From: Bigelowiella natans CCMP2755
Taxonomy: Eukaryota; Protista; Cercozoa
Direction of reading: 5' to 3'
Assembly (NCBI GenBank): GCA_000320545.1
Contig: ADNK01000695.1
Coordinates: 1 to 37,519, forward strand
Length of the DNA: 37,519 nt
This document shows positions 7,783 to 18,589 of this stretch, piece after piece. The translations under genes were made by a program, and so were the position numbers. The notes under the pieces were generated by a model. It did no database searches. It had not been told where the DNA came from and worked only from the letters and a program-made list of their open reading frames with translations. Each line of letters opens with the position of its first letter. Positions within the stretch are counted from its first letter, which is position 1.

Positions 7783-9060
7783 GGCCTCGTGGACAAACGC
7801 GATGGGCAACTTCTGCTGCTGTCTCAACCATTGGCAAAAAAGGGACTTGGTTCTGAATGCGTTCCCGTGTGTGCAAGCAGGGGACACGAAAGTGGGGGAG
7901 GTCGCAAAAGTTGTTGGGCAAGAAAACAGTTTGCACCTTTCGATCCTGCTGACAATTGCGCGGCACGAACCAGCGAACACAATCACGATTGGGTGCATGA
8001 ACGACCGCACGCACTTCACGAGCGACAATTGCATGACCAGATTGCTGGGTTGCACAACTCCGTCAAATCCTGTGACGACTGGGATTTGCACAAACCATGC
8101 TTTGCGCGCGCGGCATGGCGAGCTCATCAATCGTTGCAATTGGACATTGAAGCACACTGGAGCCTGTTTGAAGTTCAAATTTGATTTTTTTTCGAATTTC
8201 AGCTTCAAAACCTCATTTTTGACGCCTGCCAGCGGGCGCAAATTGCAAAATGCTCAGCCACTTCTGAACCAGCTGGCGCAGCTGCACTTGCTGTACCACA
8301 AGTTTTGCAAGCTCATGGGGGTGTGCGCCCACTGGCTTTGTTCACATCATTGTGAAATGAATTTCAGCACACACACGAACGCAAAAAATGCTCTCAGTTG
8401 AGAGGTCATGCTGCTCGTTGCAGGTTTGACGGAGTTGTGTGTGAACGACACGTGCGTTTCGTCGATCGAAAAGAGTTTGACACACCTCTTGACCTGCTCA
8501 CTGCGTTGCGTGCTGCGCAATGAGCCACCCGTTTAGCCGTGCACGTGGCGAACGAGTGATCGTTTCAAAAGTGGTACAAAAAGGATGCCTGATTGGTGTG
8601 TACATCGGACAGACATCGACCTAGATGTTTGAGAAATGAGTGTTCAAGAAGTGATTCCAATGTTTGGGTCGTTGCGTTTCTCACTCACACAAGACAGCGT
8701 GCAAGCAATGAGCGTGTTGGCACCTGATCAATGTGCGCGTGGCATGGGTGCCTTCTTGACTACGGGCACTTTCATGCAAGGCAGCAGAGAAGCAATAATT
8801 GCATCGTTGAGCTGATGTGCACGTGACAATGCCTTGACAAAGCGCTGTTGTGATGATTGCATGCCACTGCAAGTTTTTGCCGGCCCACTGAAAAATCTCA
8901 CATCACTAGATCATCTGCCATATGCACAGCTTGGTGCTCTACTTGGTGTTTGTGGCGATGTGACAGTTGTGGTCGACTCTGGGGATTGCATTGCAACGGA
9001 CAAGATATGCACTGTGCAGAATGTGCACATGACGTGTGCTGTATGCAGCGTGTGAATGTT
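6826..9060. other. TpA-depleted block 1
   Basis: By-eye count: only 2 TA in 6826-8290, both in CTAG (~7181, ~7396). A few GTAC/TTAG/CTAG survive toward 9060. CpG remains abundant. Confidence 0.9.
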
Positions 9061-9062
9061 CC

Positions 9063-10491
9063 TTAAGATTTTGTTGCATCAACGTATTCAGCTCCATTGC
9101 GAATTTCCTTCTTGTGGATTCGCACATAAGGCTCCGATTCACCTTCAACATGATGGAAAATGGTGATACCAGTCAGCACAATCGGTATTGCACAACATTT
9201 GTGTATGTGGTTTGAGACTGTGGGTAAATGGTGAAATAAATATTCATGCCTGATGTACTAGCATATTAACTAATTTTCTATCCAAATTTATGCAGATGTA
9301 TAAAAGTTAGAATGCATGAAAATATGTAAATTTATATTATTATCATGTGGCTAGATTAGTAGTCACAATTTGTTCCTGGAACCTCTTATTTCAGCCTCCG
9401 AGGACACGCCTACAGAAAACATACACACACGCAGGCACACACACATATTGTTACTATCACTCAGAAACGTAATTTATTTATTTTATGTTCCCGAGTTAAC
9501 TGTGCAAAAGCATTGTGTTGACCAAATTTTGTATTCACCAGATTTCGTTATCACTACGGGAAAATACCATATTTATCTGCGGAAACGAAAGCATGAGCAT
9601 CTTTGTTTTTTCCATAGTAGGAAGCAGCAGCTCTGGGTAATGACGATGTCATATGCACTGGATTCTTGAGCTATAAAATAGTTAAACAATGACAACGCTG
9701 ATTATGTGGTGATGGTGTGATAGTATTAGATCTATTGGCTGAATGAAAATCAATTACGAAAATGATAATCTAACAACCGGAAGAGTCATAGTCGGTTTCG
9801 ACTCTGCAACATTTTCGCCCTTCCGAAAGATTTCGGGGTCAAGAGATGTATGAATTACAGGCCGATCTAACGTAGAACTCACGGTATTCATACGAGGTTT
9901 GGCCTACAATATCAAATAGTATGTCATATATTCTACCTAGGAAAATAAAATGCCAGAGATGTTAAAAATTTTCGTACACTATCATCAACTCATACAAATC
10001 TATGCGGTTTATGTGAAAAGCGCAAATGGAAGACTGTAGTATCTCAAACTTAGGTTTATATATAGGCAACAAAGCGAACTAACGGCATTTTTTCATCTAA
10101 CACCAACAATAGGTACCTCATTATAGAAACCCATCCAGTGGTCTCCCTTTTCAGCAACTTTATTCATGGACAAATCAGATACGAACTCTACGTTGCTGTT
10201 CTGCTAACAACATCAAATAATAACTGAGTTGGAAGCATTAACGATTAATCTCCACTAAGCACACGAACACACCCAAAGACATCATGCAACTTTTTAAGCA
10301 TGTAGTACCGCATTATTAGTGTCGCTTTGTTGCGCGTTGAGCTCTTCCCTTATTAATCCAGGCATCATACGATCTCTCAATGAAGATAATAGGTCCTCAG
10401 ATGATATCCGAACTGCAGAGGTATGTCTGTCTCCCCCCAGGAACAAGACAAAGAGCAGGCCTAAAACCCTCTGCAACCGCGCAGGTGACAT
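9063..10491 (-). CDS. Spliced gene of unknown function with N-terminal signal-peptide-like segment; boundaries approximate
   Basis: ATG at 10491 gives MSPARLQRVLGLLFVLFLGG... followed by short AG/GT-bounded open segments (NSNVEFVSDLSMNKVAEKGDHWMGFYNE; LKNPVHMTSSLPRAAASYYGKNKDAHAF; ...EPYVRIHKKEIRNGAEYVDATKS*). No recognisable domain. Confidence 0.45.
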
Positions 10492-10883
10492 GTTTGTAAC
10501 TCTGCAGCTCAGGATTAACTTGTGCAATGTTGTGCACTCGGTCGTCAACAACAACAATGATTAAAATTTTGAAATTTTCAAAAAAAAAATTGATGCAGAC
10601 ACTAAAATCTAAACTAGTAAAATCAGGAAATCACCGAATTTACTTTGACGCACATGCGAAAGGTATTGAATTTCATTAGATGTATTTAAATCTCGGATAG
10701 TAACATAACCTTGACAACGACAAAGATTTTGCCTGTTGTCGCTGGAATGAAATCCATGGAAATCTCAATGAATCCGTTCCTACCCTCAGCATTAGCAGAG
10801 ATTCAATTGGCGGCAAGCCGTTAGCGTTTAAATGAGCATTGATGACAATAGATCCATAAATTTGTCAAATGTACATGTCGCAG

Positions 10884-13037
10884 ATGAAAAATGTCCCTTA
10901 TTTAATAAACGATTCTAAACCCCATTGCTCGAATGGTGTGGGCCTTATGGAGAAGCCTGTCTCCTATTCTGATTTGACTATGAACGAATTAAATGATGAT
11001 TTGGAGCCCAAACGGAAGAGCATATGCTCTACAACCGAATGCCCAGCGTTACACAAAACCTTCGCTGTACATGAGGATGAACTTCCTCAAGATCCAGAAG
11101 TTGAAACTACAAAATCGAACAAAATCCTTCAGCAAGTGAAATTAGAGAGTTTAAGGAACAGAGTAAAGCATCTGATGGCAGATTTGAACCTGAAAGAGAA
11201 TGAAATTACCATAAGAGACACGAGGATTCTCAGTTTAACAAAGCTGGCTGAACAGCAGGAAAGGTGGAGCTGCACAACCAAGAAGACAGACTTGCTTGAG
11301 AGGCGTGCATAAAATTCAAATAATGACGATGTTGTCGTCCTAAACAGTAGATAGAGCACAGATATGTATTTACAAACGCTATTTTGTGTGTGTACAGCAT
11401 AAAGTCAAATATAATTCATGTATATGATAAGTTTTTGAGTTACTTTGGTGTTGCCCTTGCGCTCGTTTATTCTCAGCACACTACAAAAAGCCTACAAAGA
11501 AATAGAAAGACTCGATACACAACTCATAACGGAGCGCGTAATAACATGCAAAATTAATAATACTGATATCTTGATCAAAGTACCTCTTCTATTACCCGGA
11601 CAAATCCTGCACGCACGTAGTATCATCAACCCACAATTGTTCCAATCTATTTTTAAGATGATACAATTCGATGCCATCATCGACATTTTGATGCTAACAA
11701 TGCTTTATATTTCTACCTTTACTTATATTTACCCACCTATCTTCTAATATGGATACGTATGTTCTAGACAATTGCCATCATCGACATTTGATGCTGCTAC
11801 TTCTTTTGATGCACAGTAATCTTCTGTGTTTCAAAATCTTCTTATTTTGTTCACTGGTGTTTCCCAGAGCGAAGGGAAGGTTCGGTTGGAAAATTCAATG
11901 CTAAAGAGAAAGTCCCTATCAACACAAGCGAAATCGATGCAATTTTTCCTCAAATCCGAGCTCCAATCGTTGAATCCAAAAGAGTTTGAGTACTTCGTAG
12001 CTAGGTAGATATCCAACCACCACGGATGCTATTTGAGATTAAAAGATGATGACTAGATGGAAGAAACAAATGTGATGCCGAAACATTTAATCTCTTTTGA
12101 TCTTCGTACTCGTATATACTCCCCTCCCTTTATCTCATGACCTGTGTGTCTTACAATTCGATAAGATATTGTTGGTACCACTACCACATATGCATCTGTC
12201 TGTCATATAGACACACATAAACAATAATTCAAATGTTTGCTAACCCTAATGTTTGCTCCCAAAATAAAACCCACAAGTGAAGGGGGGAGAGGGAAAAGGG
12301 TCATATACGTGATATGTGTTCTTTTCTTATTTTCAATAATACCAATTGTCGTTGTAGTCATCATGGCCCTTTCGTGTTTTCATCTTCATCATTATCATCA
12401 TCATCATCATCATCATCATCATTGTCTTTTTCAAACAAAAACGATTAATCGTCTTATCGGCAGCCTATACGAGGCATGTGGATACAGTGCTCGAGTGAAC
12501 GGTGGAAAGAATGACGAGGGAGTCGACATATTTGTACACCATCCAGATAGAGGAACTGGTAGGTGGTGCCTATAAGTATACTCACGGACTTTTAAATCTT
12601 ATCACCATCCTCCTTCTTCTTCTTCTTCTTCTTCTTCTTCTTCTTTTCTTCATCGTCACCATTACTTCCATCGTTATCCTTTTGTCAGCATCATCATCAC
12701 CATCATCCTCATGCTTCTTCCTCTTCAATATACCCCCTGCAGGTGTAATCCAGTGTAAAGCATATAGCGTTGGCAATCGTGTAGTTCCAAAAGACCTTCA
12801 TGCGCTCAATGGCTCAAGGGATAAATTCCAGGCAAATTTTGCGGTTATATCTATATTCAGATATTTATATTTTGTTGATGTTGTAAAATCAGCCCAACAA
12901 TCAACAATCATCGCCATCAACGTTTTAACAGCAATCTTCATTTTGATAAAAAGGTTCTTGTCACAACTTCTGTGTGTACGAAAGCGGTAGGAGGATGTTT
13001 AATGATTCAATTTTAGATTGTTTAACTCTATTATTCA

Positions 13038-13070
<33 letters not shown>

Positions 13071-15209
13071 GCTTCTACTGTGTATAGTATCACATTTTTA
13101 AAATGGATGATGAAAATGATTTCATCATTTCATGCTAGCACTCGATCTTGTAATTCTCTGTAGTCTCTCCCCTTGAGAAATAATTGTACATTAGGGAAGA
13201 AAGTTTGTGGCAGAATTGAATGAGAACACTCGTCATTTCGAAAAAGAAGAAGAAGCCGCTGCTTCGTCGCCGTCTAAAGGAAGAACTACTCCTACCATGG
13301 TTGTGAGTATATTTATTTTCGTACTTAAAGTGGAGACTATGTTAGATTTGAATGCTAGTTGAGGGAATATCAGTCATCAAAAAGTGATGCCGAACAGAAA
13401 CAATACAGCATGTGCAAACAAACTCAACATAGACATGCAATGATAATACTACTATTTATGAATAGTAGGGAATAGAACACATCATAACAACAACAACAAC
13501 AACAACAACTTGACTACTAATTGAAACTTGTTGCTGACTGAATACTGATACCTCCCCCATGTGATCGATCGATACTACTACACTACTACCACTACTACTA
13601 TTCTTTGCAGAGAATGGAAATAATAAATGGATCCAAGCTAGATCTGATGATTGAGTTGTTCTGGGATAAGATCTTGCCTAGATGGGTCACCAACCGCTAT
13701 AAGTTACTGGCCACCTCCTCGTTGTCATCATCATCTTCTTCTTCCTCTTATTCATCACTATCATTGACACGATACACCAAAAATGGTCGCATGGCGTTGA
13801 CTTCGCAGCAGCATCACAGCGGGTCTTACAATCGAGGCCTCGTCACTGAAAGAAACAAGAGCGGCTTTGTCAAAAAAAGCAGTAATAATCATTCTGTCAT
13901 GCACGGCCTCTCAAAGACAACGACTTGTGATGAAAACTCAACAATTGTCTGTGATAGAATTAGAGATGTTGATAAAAAATTAGGCAGAGCATCCAGCTAC
14001 CACTTTCAAGCTAAGAAGCAGCAGCAGCAGATTATGATACAGAATTTTCAGAAAAGCGATGTCACCCATATTTCTAGCAACAGCAGTACAGACAAATGTA
14101 TGAGAGCCATAATCACCAGTAGTTGTAGTAGTAATAGTAGTGGTATTAGGAAGTCTACTTCTTCTCACTTTTCTTCCCCGATCAAACAGCATGATGAAAA
14201 GATCATCATCAACAATAGCTGCGAGTGTTATAGTAGTATCCAACCACCTGATGGTGCTGCCTCAGTACCGTCTACTGCTGCTACTACTACTACTACTACA
14301 ACTACGATATCTACTTCTCTTGATTCAACTTCCAAATCATCCTTCTCCCCCTCTTCGCATTCCACAAACAACAAGAAGGGGACTACTACTGCGCTTCTCA
14401 ATACGACGACTGAATTATCCTCTCAACCCATACATTCACCTGGAATAGATCATTCTAGAGCGGCACCTTTTTCACAGTCATCGTTGCCTTTATCGTCGTC
14501 ATTATCATCATTGTCATCATTGATACTATCACCAGCACCAGCACAAAGTAATGGCGGTACTACTGGTGGTAATGGTGACAATTATGAGCGCAGTGAACAA
14601 TTTGATCAGCATCCTACTGACACCAAACTGATGAAGCGTTGGCTCTCCTCTGGTACAATGTTACATGCAGCAAACGGAGGAGGAGTGTACGACAATCTAA
14701 ACAAAGAAAATGTCGAAAATATGCGTCACAAGAAAATTCGTAACAAGGCCAACAGGATCGATAGAATTATAGTTAATGAGAAGCAGAAGAAATCCATTGC
14801 TCCAACTCTTGCCACTGATTTCAAGCACATTCTGACTATTAACGATAAAGAGGACAACAACAGCTGCACCGTTGAAAAAGACGGTGATAATGATGACGAT
14901 GGTAAAGACAATTAATGAAAATACTAACCATAATTTATACTCATTATCATCGTGAAGGCTTTGTGTCGATTGATTATGAAATCGTCTTTTACATATTTCG
15001 AGGTGATATCAATTATCTACAGCATGTTAACAACTTTTATACTTTCTGATGTTTCATAGATATTATTATTCTACCGGGGAGGTCCAAGTTCTCTTCTTCT
15101 TCTTCCTCACTTTTACAGCTATCATCACCATTTTCAAAAGCAGCATTTGTAGCAGCAACACCAAGGTCTCTGAAGTATACCCCGGTAAGAAAAAATAAGG
15201 ACAATTATA

Positions 15210-15284
<75 letters not shown>

Positions 15285-15863
15285 AAGAGAGATAGAGGGG
15301 GGATGAGAAGTAGGATGGAATGGGAGGAACGACAGTTTCTTCAAAAAGTCACATGTGATATTCAAATGCAAAATTACTATTCTATGCACACGCACGCACG
15401 CACGCACGCACGCACGCACACAAACACTCTCCCGCAGTTTTTGACTTCATATTTACTCTCTCTCTCTCTGGCTTTGCAGTCAAAAAAACGACGGCAAGCA
15501 TGGTGTGAAGAGGACGTGAAAGTTCTCCTATCAGCAGTTGAAGCCCACAGAGGTGTTATGGATCACGGGAATGGAAAGGCTTCTTCTATCTAATACTATG
15601 TACTTTGTTTCTCAGGACATTCTAATGTTTGGACGAGAATCCTCGCATCTCACGGTGCAAAATTTCGACGTGCGGTGAATAATAGGGTATTGGCTGACAA
15701 ATGGAAAAGCTTAGTGAAGAAGGGCGTTGTTGAGCCGTTGTACACCGTTGCATATTACGAAAGGGCAAGAGAAAGAAAGAAGAAGCAGTGTGAAAAGCAA
15801 ATCAGCGATCAATCCAGTTCTCTGTTGCCATATTTCTGTGTTTCTGATGCCAGACTCCAATGA
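10884..15863 (+). CDS. Multi-exon protein: coiled coil + Mrr-type (type IV restriction) endonuclease domain + S/T-rich linker + telobox-like Myb domain (at least 883 aa)
   Basis: GT-AG exons 10884-11263, 11477-11537, 11868-12004, 12464-12558, 12743-12843, 12954-12986, 13195-13302, 13611-14901, 15060-15184, 15480-15552 and 15616-15863 join in phase (2652 nt) to TGA. Extra 5' exons are possible from ATG 10593. Confidence 0.82.
11960..13670 (+). other. Mrr_cat-like PD-(D/E)xK nuclease domain split over 6 exons
   Basis: Spliced: LQSLNPKEFEYFVASLYEACGYSARVNGGKNDEGVDIFVHHPDRGTGVIQCKAYSVGNRVVPKDLHALNGSRDKFQANFAVLVTTSVCTKAGRKFVAE...RMEIINGSKLDLMI. This matches Mrr hallmarks EFE, GY, DxGxD, QCK, VTTS and I.G..L. 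Confidence 0.85.
15480..15725 (+). other. Single Myb/SANT domain of TRF/telobox type
   Basis: Spliced: KKRRQAWCEEDVKVLLSAVEAHRGHSNVWTRILASHGAKFRRAVNNRVLADKWKSLVKKG. It has the three Myb Trp residues, and LADKWKSL resembles telobox LKDKWRNL. Confidence 0.78.
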
Positions 15864-15864
15864 T

Positions 15865-17600
15865 GACCAGCCATTGTGTGAAATGCGCATTCCATGTCGC
15901 CTGTTTGAAGTCATGCAATTCAGAAGTCTGTCCATGCACGCATGCACACAGTCTAACAGTGGCTCCAGGGCTGGCTGCTTGGATTTCACCGTTTGCAATG
16001 CTTTGTGTGAACGTGCCGACAAAATCCACACGTTGCATTCATTGAGCGTGTTGCTCGCTGAGCCCTCGCTCATCGCAGTCTGCATTGTGTGGCACGAGTT
16101 GCACATCGCATCATTGTTTGTTGCCGGTGACCACACTTGGTGAGTCAAATGCGCATCGCTAGATCGATGACATGCATTGCACGTGATTTTCATCGAAAAG
16201 CACACGCAAGCTGCACCATCTGATCCAGTGACAATCTAGCAATGCCAGAATGCTGGAATGGCATGCATGCCAGCAGCATGCCAGCATGAGCGCTTGAGCA
16301 CTGCGATGGTCGAGTGTGTGCAACGTCCCTCGATCGCTGCACTTTGTGCGCGGCCAGCTAGCCAGCTAGCCAGACATCAGAGCGCAAAGTCGTCGTTTTC
16401 CAGTTTTGCACGATGTCAACTGCATGCATCGCTGCGACACAAAAGATTCACGCAGCAGCAAAACGCGTGCAACGCAAAAAGTTCCAAGCTAGCGAGTCCA
16501 ATGATGGACACCACGTGACATGGAATCACTGTGTCAATTGTTGCACGAGTGCACAACCAAGCATTGAACGGAACGGACATGCAAGGAAGGAGGACATGCG
16601 AACTTTTCCACGCACGCGGGGGGCGCCAGCTGGCCAGTGCGTGCAACACAGTGCCAGAGTGCAGCCCAAAACAAGGGTTCAGGGATCATCTGCCATTCCA
16701 GCAATTCAGTTCAGCAGTGGGTCGTCAGTGGGCAAATTTTCACGTTGCGCATTTTCGCAATTTTTGCCACTGATTGCAGGTGGGAAGTGAAGTGTGGAGC
16801 ACGGCACGGGTGTCTGCTGCAGGTCACGACAGAGGCTCACAAAGAAGGATGATCTCCACCACTGCCTCTGCACACCCCGACAGCGTCCAAAGTGGGGGTG
16901 AATGGAAAAAAACAAACAGGTGAAGCAAACAGGTGAAGCCACTGAAGCTGCCAAAAAAAAACACACAAGGTCACCAACGACCCAACGATTGGTGAGGTGT
17001 CCTGCTGAAAAAGTTGCCACAGGTGCTGAGCCCTCACTGCCAATCAGCTGGAAGAGAGCCCCCGGCTGGTCGTGTGGTTCGAAGTGGGACTTGGTTCGTC
17101 ACGAAGAGGGGGGGAGCGCCGTGATGAACGAATGGACCAATGGTGGAGTCAAAAGGAGGACGAAACGTGAAGTTTGGGTGTGTCCAATGAAGAAATCAGA
17201 AGTCATGATTGCCTCATGAATTGTTGAAACAAATCGATTGCTGCAAAGCGACAAGCCAAAATTCGCAAAAATGATGTTTCACTTTCGGAGCTTTTGATGA
17301 ACATTCGAAAATGCTTGACTCACCTGACTTTGCGATTCTCAATTGGCATTCAAGCAATCAATGTGGAGTCTAGTCGCATTTTCCAAGTGATCGACAACGT
17401 AGCTTGCTTCAATGATCGGCTCCAAGGCACAAACTGCCTGCAAAAGTTGATTCCTCAGATGAAAACAAATTAGTGCTGAAATGAACCTGAAAATCAAGCC
17501 AGCTCACTGCCATGATGCAGAAAAACGATGATTGCGGTCTCTGCACCATGTTTGATGTTGATGCCCCTCAACACAACACTGTTGAGTTGCGTGACTTTTC
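15865..17600. other. TpA-depleted block 2
   Basis: By-eye count for 15960-17395: 6 TA, all in CTAG. Confidence 0.9.
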
Positions 17601-18589
17601 TGAAAGGGTCTACCATGTTAACACAAAAATTGCACCAAAATCGTCACATCTGATAGTAATGCTTTCCGTTGTTAATTTGCGCAGATTTGACGAAGAAACA
17701 CAATTTCTTTGCTTGTCGTTAATGACAATGTCCATGAAATTTTGTTTCACAAAAATTTATTGAAAATCTGGTAATCTTAAACCTAGTGCATCATTTTTTT
17801 TAAATTTCGCACGTGCTTTTTGATGCAAGTTGGTACTCGGACTCAGGAATACTAATTTGAGCACAGTCCACGCTCGGAATTGTGTGTCAACTGGATTTTC
17901 TTTGCTGCGACAGGAACATGTAAACGTCGCTGCTTAGAAAACAGCCTAGATCTCAATTACGTGAGGGCTGGCCAAAAGAAGCCCCCAGGTCTATTTGGAG
18001 AGTGGGGACTTTACATCTAGGCCTCTTATGCGTCGAGGGGGGGTGGTTTAACTGAAAAACTTGTGCTGCAATGGGGATTATTCACAGAATTTTTAACATG
18101 TGCATCATTACCAAAAATTGTTTAGCTTTGAGTATTCTCCTTATTTTCTCTACGTTTGTTCTCACATGATGCTTCCAAGAAATTACAATTTGGTGACAAA
18201 TTTTCTGCATCAGACTATCTCCAGTGCAAAAAATCTCGTATTTCTGCGGAGAGCAGAGTGAATACGTTTCGATTTAAAACACATTTTATTAGAATAAATG
18301 ATTTTTGTTTTTATTAGAATAGGATGTATCTTGTATCGAAGCGTCCTGGCGAGAAAACTACGCGTTTTCAACAAGTAAGGTGCACATTAAGTCATCGGCG
18401 TTTGTAACAACGTACTTTATAGGCCATGAACAATAATCAATCGAGAATCGGAACAAAATCAAGTGGTAAGAACGATCAAAGGACTCGAATGTATACGTCT
18501 TTCTCTGAGGGGTACAGCAATTCCCTCGATCCCTGTGAAGTTTACTCGTGAAATTTACCAATACACTGAACATATATTCTTATTATTAG

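Noticed and set aside
6769-8401. Many overlapping 60-210 aa ORFs on both strands (also in 15711-17219, 22725-23554 and 36226-36857)
   Set aside because: Loss of TA removes TAA/TAG stops and Tyr codons, so long His/Cys-rich, Tyr-free ORFs arise in all frames. No domain motifs.
11660-11800. Short imperfect intronic duplication (tgccatcatcgacattt(t)gatgct), and a 20-bp tandem at ~25927-25966
   Set aside because: Ordinary local duplications with no TIR/TSD or other structure.
13605-14915. 436-aa ORF as a stand-alone gene
   Set aside because: It begins at a splice acceptor (13610) with the last Mrr strand and has a donor at 14902 that joins downstream exons in phase; treated as an internal exon.
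17103-17125. GAAGAGGGGGGGAG as the PPT of a second LTR element
   Set aside because: Not directly followed by a TG LTR start, and no recognisable pol remnant upstream.
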